Assembly: GCA_964594735.1 (NCBI GenBank)
Contig: CAZQMS010000002.1
Location: 50,023 to 114,022, forward strand
Length of the DNA: 64,000 nt
From: an uncultured Candidatus Saccharibacteria bacterium
GTDB lineage: Bacteria > Patescibacteriota > Minisyncoccia > Phycocordibacterales > UBA2100
Reading direction: 5' to 3'
The notes beneath the pieces are model-generated. The model saw nothing but the letters and a program-made list of their open reading frames with translations, made no database searches and had not been told where the DNA came from. This document shows, piece by piece, positions 38,294-46,876 of the stretch (its first letter is position 1; every line of letters starts with the position of its first letter). A program made the position numbers and the translations under genes.

Positions 38294-41200
38294 ATGGCTG
38301 ATCACATCCAATTCGACGGAAGAACGTATGCGCAACTTGCGGATGCTGCCTCTATTGTCGGCACTGACGAGGCACACGTGCGATTGCTCGGCACTCAGGG
38401 CAAAGTTTTCCTGCGCGCAGTGGGGAAAAAAATATACGTAGACGTGGAAGGCCTACGCAAGGCACTCGCTGCTCCGCCTGCTGCACGCCTCGTACAGCAG
38501 GAGCCACCTGCGGTTGCTGCGAATGCTGCACAGACGAAGGAGGCGCCGCCCATGGCTGCAGCACCGAGCTCATTGCATCAATCTGCGGCGCTGCCACATG
38601 CAATCACGATGCTGTCGCAGGTCGCGTCGGCAAAAGTGGCACAAGCGCAGCAGCGAGCGACCTCATCGATAATGAGGAAGACCACGTCGCAAAGCAAGGT
38701 GATGCAGACGCAACCGAGGGTGTACATATCGCCGGCCACGGAGAAACGCATCCAGCTGCCTACGAACGAGGCCAAACCCACGTCATCACGAGCGACCGCT
38801 TCCGCGCCTCACGCGATTCCCGCGAAGACGTCGGCGGAGCTTTCCGCGGCCGGTGCGCTGTCGGCTATCATCTTGCCCCCGACTCAGCACCTTTCTGCGG
38901 CAGGCCGCTCCGTCTTGACGACGGGCGCGGCACTCGCGGCGTTCGTATTTGTCGTCGGTCTCGGTGTTGCGGCATCAAGCCATGCACCGGCCGCGCTCAC
39001 CTGGGCAGACAAGATTCACAACCAGGTTGCTTCCGCTGTTCGTGCTGGCAGTGTCTCGTATTCACCGACGATGGGTACTGTCGAGAGCGCCACACCACAG
39101 AATTCTCCCAGCGAGCTGCAAGCGAGCGCAACCGCTACGACGCTCCTATCGTCTGCGACGACGTCCCAGCCCATCTACTACGTCTACAATTACCCAGTCA
39201 TCGAGCGGGTAACAGAGGAGGTGCGCTACATCAATGCGAGTACTCCAGCAGAATTCAATGCTGCGCTGGATGACCTGTACAATCGCATCCAACAGCAGAT
39301 TCAGAGCCTGAGCATCACAACCAACACGAGCTTCGCACAGCAGTACCAAGTCATCTCGCAGTCGAGCAATATCGACCAGCTCGGGAGCATTACCATCGAG
39401 GATTCGACAATTACCGGTGGCACAATTAGCGGTGCGACTATTTCGGGAGGTTCTGTGACAGCGACCGCATACTCCGGCACTCTCGGCATCGCAAACGGCG
39501 GCACTGGTACCACCACCGCTCCGTCGGCCAATCAAGTGTTTCTCGCCGCTGCCGATGGCACGTGGTCATATGTCGCGACGTCATCGCTCGGCATCTCGGG
39601 CGGCGCCGACACAAGTGTCTCCAACACCTGGACCGCGCTCCAGCTTTTCTCCGGAAACGCCTCCTCGACCAACTTCTCCACTTTCGGCACCGCGTATTTC
39701 GGCGGAAATTCCACAACTACAATCGATTCGACCGGCGCGATCACCGTCACATCCTCGAGCGCCAACACCTTCCCGTATGCATCCACGACGGCGCTCACCG
39801 TCTCGGGGACAGCGTATTTCGGCAATATCTTTAGCGGTACGGGGCACACGATTACTGGTACGTACGCATTCGGTTCCGGTGCGACGCATAGCATCTCTGG
39901 CAGCTACGCGTTCGCCGGCGGCGGCCAGCAGAATACATTGTCGGCAGAAGCCACAGCAGCGGTAGGCGGATACGGCAACACGGCGAGCCAATCGTATGCA
40001 TTCGTAGGAGGCGGTCAGGCGAATACCGCAAGCAATGTGTACGCCGCGATTATCGGCGGCGTGTCGCATGTGGCGAGCGGAGCAAAGTCATTCATCGGGG
40101 GCGGAGAACAGAACACGGTTTCCGGAGAGAATGCCGCGAGTGCCGGTGGTTATGGCAACACAGCGAGCGCGTTCGGTACATTTGCGGGAGGCGGTCAGAA
40201 TAATCAAGCACAAGATGTCTACGACGCTGTCGTGGGTGGTACCGGAAACGTGGCAAATGGCGGCAATGCGTTTATCGGCGGCGGTACCGACAACGACGCA
40301 ACGGGCGACAAGTCGGGAACCGTCGGGGGTTATGGCAACACGGCCGCGGGAGAAAGCAGCTTCGTCGGCGGTGGTCAAGCAAATCAAGCGCTCGACGTGT
40401 ATGACGTCGTCCTGGGTGGGGCCGGACATACGGTCAACGGCGGCTACTCATTCGCGCTTGGCGGGCAGGGCAACACCGTGACGGGTGACTACAGCGGCGC
40501 TTTCGGTCGCGCGCTTACCGTGAGCGGCACCGGCTCCTTCGGCTTTGGTCTAGACGGCGGTTCCCACACGATCTCCGCCAACAACACATTTGCAATCCTG
40601 GGCGGCAACGTCGGCATCGGGACGACGACGCCCAGTGCCAAGCTTGTCGTACAAAACGATTCCTCAAACAACGTGCTGCTCGTGAAGGGCAGTGGTGGGT
40701 CAACCGTCTACTTTAACAATCTATCAGGCTCTGATTTGGCGACTATCGGGTACGCCAATAATCATCTATCTTTGATTAACTCCAACCCCTCAGGTTCGTT
40801 GCTTGTATACACTGGCGGCAGTGAGCGCTTGCGTATCACCGAGACCGGCAACGTCGGCATCGGGACGACGACGCCGTGGGGCAAGCTCTCCATCACTGCG
40901 ACTGACAACGCCTCTGCCCCACAATTTGTCGTTGCGTCATCTTCCGCTACGAGTCTGGTTGTCACTGCAAGCGGCAATGTGGGTATCGGGACGACACAAC
41001 CGGAACAGTTGCTACGCGTTGGCGTAACCAGTTCGGCTTTTGATCATGATGGAACCGTGGCAATAGGGAGCGATGCGTCAGGTATAGCGCTCCACCTTGA
41101 GGAAAATACCGGGGCTGAGGGATGGAAAGTTGGAATCAATGCGGCAGGCGATATGCTCTTCGATGATTCAACTGCAGGTAACACAATGGTTATTTTTCAG

Positions 41201-42514
41201 GACGGAACAGGCAACGTCGGCATTGGGACAACGACGCCCGCCTCTAAGTTGAACATTCATTATGGCTCCGTCTCCTCCAGCGATACTACACCGCTTGAAA
41301 TTTTGCGCCTCGGATGGGACGGCTCCAGTGCAGACGAGCAAGCGGGGGTCGGTGTCAAAATCGCCTTTCATGGATCCAATGCCAACAATCTTCCATCCAC
41401 TGCGGAGGTCGCTAATATAGGGACGACGAGAGTGAGCGGCGTGGAGGGTAGTACGCTTACCTCGCTTCTTTTTTCTACGAACGACGGTACTACGCTTGCG
41501 GAAAGACTGCGAATCACCGGAGCCGGCGATCTCATCGTGGCGGCGACCAATTCATCGGGTGGCAACACGTCGCTCTGCTGGGACGGCTCCGGTTCATCCA
41601 CATGGGGCGGTTGTACCTCGCTCGCAAAGTACAAGGACAATGTGACCAACTTGTCGCTTGGACTCGACGCTGTGTTGCAGCTCCGCCCGGTAGAGTTCGA
41701 CTGGAATGAACACAGTGCGGCCATCGGACACGACCTCGGCTTTATTGCCGAAGAAGTAGAGGCTATCAGCCCGCTACTCGCGGAGCATAGCGGTCAGGGT
41801 GGTGCGCTGTCTGGCGTAAAGTACAACACGATGTCGGCCTTGCTCGTGAGGGCTGTGCAAGACATCGCAAATCTAGCGGATGCGTTCAAAGTTAAGCTCA
41901 TTGCGTGGTTCGGGAATGCCGGGAACGGGATTGCGGATTTCTTTGCAGACAACGTTCGAGCCCGTAATCAACTCTGCGTCGGCTCGACGTGCGTCAACGA
42001 GGCGCAGCTCGCCGCGCTGCTCGCCAATTCGGCGAGTGGTGCAGGTGGAAACGGTTCTCCCGCCGCGCCCGGCGCCGAAATTACCCCGGTGAATGATACG
42101 GAACCACCAACAATCACCATCCTCGGCAACAACCCGGCGACGGTGCAGGTGGGTGATGCGTATAGCGACCTCGGCGCAAGCGTGAGCGACCCTTCGACAG
42201 GCTCAGCGCAGGCAAACGAGAACCTGGGAATCAAGGTGAGTGTCAATGGTGGTGAGGAGGTTGAACTCGGTTTGATAGTCATCGACACCTCTCTACCGGG
42301 CGAACACACCATCGAATACCGTGCCACCGACCAAGCGGGCAATGTCGGCACCGCGACGCGTACGGTCATTGTCGAGGGGATTGCAAGCGACGGGGATCAG
42401 GAGGCAGAGGAGGATTCACTGCCTCAGAATGTGTCCACCGAGGAAGTCGACGACACGGGTGACGGGTCCGCGCCTGATGAAGAGCACGGTGATGCTCCGC
42501 CCTCAGAGGGCTAG
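38294..42514 (+). CDS. Giant fibre protein C (1406 aa): excisionase-like HTH N-terminal domain, TM helix, repeat-rich fibre, Peptidase S74 chaperone domain, DUF5011 Ig-like domain, acidic tail
   Basis: N-terminus MADHIQFDGRTYAQLADAASIVGTDEAHVRLLGTQGKVFLRAVGKKIYV. TM helix LTTGAALAAFVFVVGLGVAA. S74-like CTSLAKYKDNVTNLSLGLDAVLQLRPVEFDW...LGFIAEEVEAISPLL. C-terminal DUF5011 nearly identical to that of protein B. Confidence 0.85.
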   Translation: MADHIQFDGRTYAQLADAASIVGTDEAHVRLLGTQGKVFLRAVGKKIYVDVEGLRKALAAPPAARLVQQEPPAVAANAAQTKEAPPMAAAPSSLHQSAALPHAITMLSQVASAKVAQAQQRATSSIMRKTTSQSKVMQTQPRVYISPATEKRIQLPTNEAKPTSSRATASAPHAIPAKTSAELSAAGALSAIILPPTQHLSAAGRSVLTTGAALAAFVFVVGLGVAASSHAPAALTWADKIHNQVASAVRAGSVSYSPTMGTVESATPQNSPSELQASATATTLLSSATTSQPIYYVYNYPVIERVTEEVRYINASTPAEFNAALDDLYNRIQQQIQSLSITTNTSFAQQYQVISQSSNIDQLGSITIEDSTITGGTISGATISGGSVTATAYSGTLGIANGGTGTTTAPSANQVFLAAADGTWSYVATSSLGISGGADTSVSNTWTALQLFSGNASSTNFSTFGTAYFGGNSTTTIDSTGAITVTSSSANTFPYASTTALTVSGTAYFGNIFSGTGHTITGTYAFGSGATHSISGSYAFAGGGQQNTLSAEATAAVGGYGNTASQSYAFVGGGQANTASNVYAAIIGGVSHVASGAKSFIGGGEQNTVSGENAASAGGYGNTASAFGTFAGGGQNNQAQDVYDAVVGGTGNVANGGNAFIGGGTDNDATGDKSGTVGGYGNTAAGESSFVGGGQANQALDVYDVVLGGAGHTVNGGYSFALGGQGNTVTGDYSGAFGRALTVSGTGSFGFGLDGGSHTISANNTFAILGGNVGIGTTTPSAKLVVQNDSSNNVLLVKGSGGSTVYFNNLSGSDLATIGYANNHLSLINSNPSGSLLVYTGGSERLRITETGNVGIGTTTPWGKLSITATDNASAPQFVVASSSATSLVVTASGNVGIGTTQPEQLLRVGVTSSAFDHDGTVAIGSDASGIALHLEENTGAEGWKVGINAAGDMLFDDSTAGNTMVIFQDGTGNVGIGTTTPASKLNIHYGSVSSSDTTPLEILRLGWDGSSADEQAGVGVKIAFHGSNANNLPSTAEVANIGTTRVSGVEGSTLTSLLFSTNDGTTLAERLRITGAGDLIVAATNSSGGNTSLCWDGSGSSTWGGCTSLAKYKDNVTNLSLGLDAVLQLRPVEFDWNEHSAAIGHDLGFIAEEVEAISPLLAEHSGQGGALSGVKYNTMSALLVRAVQDIANLADAFKVKLIAWFGNAGNGIADFFADNVRARNQLCVGSTCVNEAQLAALLANSASGAGGNGSPAAPGAEITPVNDTEPPTITILGNNPATVQVGDAYSDLGASVSDPSTGSAQANENLGIKVSVNGGEEVELGLIVIDTSLPGEHTIEYRATDQAGNVGTATRTVIVEGIASDGDQEAEEDSLPQNVSTEEVDDTGDGSAPDEEHGDAPPSEG

Positions 42515-42568
42515 CATAACCACAGGTGGCACTCGTGGTGAGCTTCTGCCGTGGGGTATACTCGGCAC

Positions 42569-43576
42569 ATGGCAAAAATCGCTATCAACGGCTTCGGCCG
42601 CATCGGAAGAGGCTTTACTCGCGCTATTCAGGAGCGGCCAGAACTCGAACTTGTCGCGGTCAACGACCTCACCCCGGTCGAGAGTCTCGCGTACCTCTTG
42701 AAATTCGATACGGTTTACGGACGTGCAAAATTTGATGTATCGGCAGAGGGCGGAACGCTCGTTATCGGTGGGAAAAAGGTACGCGTGGCGGCAGAAAAAG
42801 AGCCAGAGAAACTTCCCTGGAAGGAGCTCGGCGTCGATATCGTTATCGAATCGACTGGCCTTTTCACCGACGCGGAAAAGGCGAAAGGGCACATCACCGC
42901 CGGTGCGAGGAAGGTGGTCATTTCGGCTCCGGGCAAGGGCGAGGGGCTCGAGACGATACTCATCGGTGCCAACGAGTCGAAATTTGGCACGTGCGACATC
43001 ACTTCCAATGCATCCTGCACAACCAACGCAGCATCGCCGCTCGTGGGCATCTTGGATGAGGCGATAGGTATCGAGCGCGCAATCCTCAATACGACGCATG
43101 CGTACACAGCGAGCCAGAGCCTCGTCGACGGCGGCAAGTCCAAAGACCTCCGCGAGAGCCGCGCCGCAGCGCTCAACATGGTGCCGACGTCGACCGGCGC
43201 AGCGAAAGCGACCGCGCTCGCGTATCCGCAGCTCGCGGGAAAGTTTGACGGTGTATCCGTGCGCGTCCCCGTCCCCGCAGGCTCACTTGTCGACGTGACA
43301 TTCGTGGCGAAGAGGGCAACGAGCACCGAAGAGGTGAATGCTGCGCTGAGGGCTGCGGCTGGGAGCGACAGGTGGCGGCGCGTATTTGCAGTCAGCGATG
43401 AGCAGCTCGTGTCGTCTGACATTCTTGGGCTGCCATATGGCTCGATTGCTGACCTTTCCATGACGCGCGTTGTCGACGGGACGCTCGTGAAGGTGCTCGC
43501 ATGGTACGACAATGAAATGGGGTACGTGCATACGCTCGTCGAGCATGTCGTAGAAGTGGCACGAACACTCGAGTAA
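42569..43576 (+). CDS. gap: Type I glyceraldehyde-3-phosphate dehydrogenase
   Basis: MAKIAINGFGRIGR...SNASCTTNA (active-site Cys). ~335 aa. Confidence 0.95.
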   Translation: MAKIAINGFGRIGRGFTRAIQERPELELVAVNDLTPVESLAYLLKFDTVYGRAKFDVSAEGGTLVIGGKKVRVAAEKEPEKLPWKELGVDIVIESTGLFTDAEKAKGHITAGARKVVISAPGKGEGLETILIGANESKFGTCDITSNASCTTNAASPLVGILDEAIGIERAILNTTHAYTASQSLVDGGKSKDLRESRAAALNMVPTSTGAAKATALAYPQLAGKFDGVSVRVPVPAGSLVDVTFVAKRATSTEEVNAALRAAAGSDRWRRVFAVSDEQLVSSDILGLPYGSIADLSMTRVVDGTLVKVLAWYDNEMGYVHTLVEHVVEVARTLE

Positions 43577-43647
43577 ACAGCTGACAGATAACAGTTTACA
43601 AAATATGCAATTCATTACTGTTGGCTGTACACTGTAATCCGTAAACT

Positions 43648-44139
43648 ATGCACGTCTATTTTGCCTCCGATCACGCAGGGTTCGAGCTGAAGAATACGCT
43701 CGCGGCGTATGTACGAGACGAGCTTGGCTACGAGGTAGAAGATTGCGGCGCACTCGCATATGACGCGGCCGACGATTACCCTGCCATCATTGCGTCAGCG
43801 GCTCGGAAGCTTTCCGCGGACGTGGCGAATGGTCTGGACAACAGAGCCATCATTTTTGGTGCCTCCGGCCAGGGTGAGGCGATTGTCGCCAATCGCTTCA
43901 AGGGGGTACGCGCTGTTGTGTATTACGGCGGCGTCACGACGCAGACCGATGCGGCAGGGAAGACTTTTAATATGATTGTGTCGACGCGCGAACACAACAG
44001 CGCCAACGCGCTCTCGCTCGGCGCGCGCTTTCTATCGGCAGAAGATGCGAAGCGCGCGGTCAAAGAGTGGCTTGAAGCCCCGTTTTCCGGGGATGAGAGG
44101 CATGCGCGGCGCATTGCGAGTATCGATCAGCAGCTGTGA
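43648..44139 (+). CDS. rpiB: Ribose-5-phosphate isomerase B (RpiB/LacAB family)
   Basis: MHVYFASDHAGFELKN...IIFGASGQGEAIVANRF. Confidence 0.85.
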   Translation: MHVYFASDHAGFELKNTLAAYVRDELGYEVEDCGALAYDAADDYPAIIASAARKLSADVANGLDNRAIIFGASGQGEAIVANRFKGVRAVVYYGGVTTQTDAAGKTFNMIVSTREHNSANALSLGARFLSAEDAKRAVKEWLEAPFSGDERHARRIASIDQQL

Positions 44140-44183
44140 GCAACGCATGTTGATTTCTTCGTCAGCGGGGTATACTTCTCTTT

Positions 44184-44405
44184 ATGAGCGACATGCGTTT
44201 CGACACCAGCAATGATGAGTTCGGACAGCGGCCCGTTTCTCAGCCAGGTGGCGATTTCGCGGATAAGCTTGTCGCATGGGGGCTCGTGGGCGACCGTCAG
44301 ACTGCCATCTATACACTCATCGGTATAGGTGCGATCGCTCTCATCGTGGCGTTTTTCTTCTTTACCAGCGGTGGCTCGGACGCACCTCCACTGCTCCCTC
44401 AGTAA
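44184..44405 (+). CDS. Small membrane protein (hypothetical, 73 aa) preceding the pilin gene
   Basis: C-terminal TM helix IYTLIGIGAIALIVAFFFF. Ends 4 bp before the pilin start. Confidence 0.35.
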   Translation: MSDMRFDTSNDEFGQRPVSQPGGDFADKLVAWGLVGDRQTAIYTLIGIGAIALIVAFFFFTSGGSDAPPLLPQ

Positions 44406-44409
44406 GGTC

Positions 44410-44895
44410 ATGCGCACCAATTCACATATGCAGCAATCTTCCGCAGGTCACGGCTTGCTTCGTCGAACTTCTCGCAATGCGGGCTTCACGCTCATCGAGC
44501 TTCTCGTCGTTATCGCAATTATTGGCCTGCTCTCGTCAGTTGTTCTCGCATCTCTCAACAGTGCGAGGCAGAAGGGTCGCGACGCACGCCGCGTCGCTGA
44601 CCTCAAACAGCTCCAGGTCGCGCTCGAACTCTACTACTCATCACAGGGAAATCCCGCATACCCAAGCGCGCTCTCGACGCTCGCACCGACATACATCGCA
44701 AGCATACCCGTCGATCCTCAAACCGGCGCGGCATACAATTTCACTGCGTACACGGTCAGCTCCACCGTCGTGTCCTACTGCATTGGCGCAGTGATGGAGG
44801 CCACGGTGCCGTCTCCTGCAGACACATGCAATGTTCCAGCTGGCGCATCGCCCTCGACCGAGCCCACGGGCAGTTACCGCGTCGGTCCGCAATAA
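44410..44895 (+). CDS. Type IV pilin / pseudopilin with class III (prepilin peptidase) signal
   Basis: ...RNAG|FTLIELLVVIAIIGLLSSVVLASL: G-F-T-L-I-E-L N-methylation motif with Glu at +5. The longest ORF starts at 44329, but Met28 (44410) or 44428 is more plausible. Confidence 0.75.
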   Translation: MRTNSHMQQSSAGHGLLRRTSRNAGFTLIELLVVIAIIGLLSSVVLASLNSARQKGRDARRVADLKQLQVALELYYSSQGNPAYPSALSTLAPTYIASIPVDPQTGAAYNFTAYTVSSTVVSYCIGAVMEATVPSPADTCNVPAGASPSTEPTGSYRVGPQ

Positions 44896-44896
44896 A

Positions 44897-45640
44897 ATGA
44901 AATATCTCTGCGACCCACACATACTCCCGACGAACACCTGTCCGCCGGACATCTCTGAGCTTGGAAGACGCACGGAACAATTCGCCGGATTTGCAGCGCA
45001 AGTGCAGCTCGATGTCTCGGACGGGATCTTTTCTCCTGTGACATCGTGGCCGTATTTTGAGGGACAGCTGGCGGAACTAGAAAGGATGGCGGGAAATGGT
45101 CAGAAGCTTCCTCATGCTGAGCAGATTGCATATGAAGTGCATCTTATGGTGCAAGAGCCTGCGCGCGTTGGCGAGCTGCTTGCGAAGGCGGGTTGTGCGC
45201 GGCTTTTGTTGCATGTGGAAGCTCTGTCGGATACATCGCAGATACCGGGTATTCTCGCCGCGTGGAAAGCCGTCGGCGCGAAAGAGGTCGGAGTCTCGCT
45301 CCTCATTGATACGCCGCTTGAGTCCATCGATTCATTCATCGCAGGCTGCGATGTTGTGCAGCTCATGTCCATCGCAAAGATTGGCGCGCAGGGGCAGCCT
45401 TTCGACGAGAGGGCGCTCACCCGCGTCGAAGAGCTGCATGCGAAGTATCCTGAGCTTATGGTCGCTGTCGACGGTGGCGTAGGGGAGTCAAATATTGAAG
45501 ACCTGGTCCGCGCTGGGGCGAATCGTCTCTGCGTCGGCTCGGCTATCTCAAAGAGCGACAATCCCTCCCAGGCCTTTGCGCGCCTCCAAGAGAGGGCGAT
45601 GCGCGGATGCACACCCCCTCTGGCGAGCCAGGTAGTATAA
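44897..45640 (+). CDS. rpe: Ribulose-phosphate 3-epimerase
   Basis: QLDVSDGIFSP (matches H-x-D-V-M-D-G), HLMV, and VAVDGGVG motifs. Start chosen at MKYLCD, since the upstream extension overlaps the pilin. Confidence 0.75.
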   Translation: MKYLCDPHILPTNTCPPDISELGRRTEQFAGFAAQVQLDVSDGIFSPVTSWPYFEGQLAELERMAGNGQKLPHAEQIAYEVHLMVQEPARVGELLAKAGCARLLLHVEALSDTSQIPGILAAWKAVGAKEVGVSLLIDTPLESIDSFIAGCDVVQLMSIAKIGAQGQPFDERALTRVEELHAKYPELMVAVDGGVGESNIEDLVRAGANRLCVGSAISKSDNPSQAFARLQERAMRGCTPPLASQVV

Positions 45641-45647
45641 TCGCGGC

Positions 45648-46484
45648 ATGGTTCTCACAGATGCCGATATACATGGTCTTGAACAGCAGGCCAACAAAAT
45701 TCGCCAGACAATCATAGAGATGCTCGCGGCGGCAGGTTCGGGTCACACGGCAGGGCCGCTCGGTATGACCGATATTTTCACCGCACTCTATTTTCACGTT
45801 CTCAAAAATGACCCAAAGAATCCCGAGTGGGAGGAGCGCGATAGACTCTTCCTTTCCAACGGGCATATCACGCCCGTGCGCTACGCCACGATGGCACACG
45901 CGGGATATTTCCCAGTCGAAGAGTGCCTGACGCTTCGCAAGTTTGGCTCGCGACTCCAGGGACATCCAGAGCGAGAAAAACTTCCGGGCGTCGAGACGAC
46001 ATCGGGACCGCTGGGGAGCGGTCTCTCGCAGGCGACGGGGTATGCGTACGCCGCGCGGATGGATAAGAAAACATTTCGAGTGTATTGCGCAATGTCCGAC
46101 GGCGAGCAGCAGGAGGGCAACACGTGGGAGGGCGCGATGTTTGCAGGGCACTACAAGCTCTCGAATCTCGTCGCCATCATGGACCGCAATAACATCCAGA
46201 TAGAGGGAAATACCGAGGATGTGATGTCGCTTGAGCCCATGCGTGCGAAGTACGAAGCATTTGGCTGGCACGTCATCGAAATCGACGGGCACAACATCGC
46301 GCAGTTCATTGGAGCGTGCGATGAATCAAAATCGATTCAGGACAAGCCAACACTCATTCTCGCGCACGTCACGCCGGGTAAGGGCATCAAGAGCATGGAG
46401 AATGACTACAAGTGGCACGGCAAACCGCCAAGCAAAGACGAGGCCACCAAGTTCTTGCAAGAACTTGGTCGAGTTGGCAGTTGA
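45648..46484 (+). CDS. Transketolase, N-terminal (thiamine-diphosphate-binding) subunit
   Basis: AAGSGHTAGPLGMTDIFTAL...GPLGSGLSQATGYAYA...SDGEQQEGNTWEGAMFAGHYKL... Confidence 0.9.
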   Translation: MVLTDADIHGLEQQANKIRQTIIEMLAAAGSGHTAGPLGMTDIFTALYFHVLKNDPKNPEWEERDRLFLSNGHITPVRYATMAHAGYFPVEECLTLRKFGSRLQGHPEREKLPGVETTSGPLGSGLSQATGYAYAARMDKKTFRVYCAMSDGEQQEGNTWEGAMFAGHYKLSNLVAIMDRNNIQIEGNTEDVMSLEPMRAKYEAFGWHVIEIDGHNIAQFIGACDESKSIQDKPTLILAHVTPGKGIKSMENDYKWHGKPPSKDEATKFLQELGRVGS

Positions 46485-46507
46485 CAGTTTACAGTTGACA
46501 GAAATGC

Positions 46508-46846
46508 ATGTCAGATTTCCGAGAACTCACCGTCTGGCAGCGTTCAATGCAACTCGCTCGCGAGGTCTACCGCATCACAATAAAGCTTCCCGATGATGAG
46601 CGCTTCGGTCTGACCAGTCAGATGCGCCGATGCGCTGTATCGGTCGCGTCAAACATCGCCGAAGGCTCAAAGAGGCGGACGAAGCAAGACTTCACGCAAT
46701 TTCTGAAAATCGCCTCCGGGTCTGCGGCCGAGCTTGAGACGCAACTGTTACTGGCGAAAGACATATATGGACTGGAATCTGATACCGTGCTCGGATTGCT
46801 GAAGGAAGTGCAGCGGATGCTGGAGGCGTTGATGAAAAGACTGTAA
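46508..46846 (+). CDS. Four-helix-bundle protein (23S rRNA IVS protein family), second paralog, inserted between the transketolase halves
   Basis: LTVWQRSMQLAREVYRIT...VSVASNIAEGSKRRTKQDFTQFLKIASGSAAELETQLLLAKDIYGL. Confidence 0.85.
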   Translation: MSDFRELTVWQRSMQLAREVYRITIKLPDDERFGLTSQMRRCAVSVASNIAEGSKRRTKQDFTQFLKIASGSAAELETQLLLAKDIYGLESDTVLGLLKEVQRMLEALMKRL

Positions 46847-46876
46847 ACTGTTCACTGTAAACCGTAAACTTGATTT

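Noticed and set aside
15664-42514. Diversity-generating retroelement or CRISPR association with the fibre locus
   Set aside because: No reverse transcriptase gene, template/variable repeat pair with A-specific mismatches, CRISPR repeat-spacer array or cas gene is visible in the window.
44276-44794. 172-aa ORF overlapping the pilin gene in another frame
   Set aside because: The pilin frame carries the canonical prepilin motif. The overlapping frame is Arg/Ser-rich with no features.
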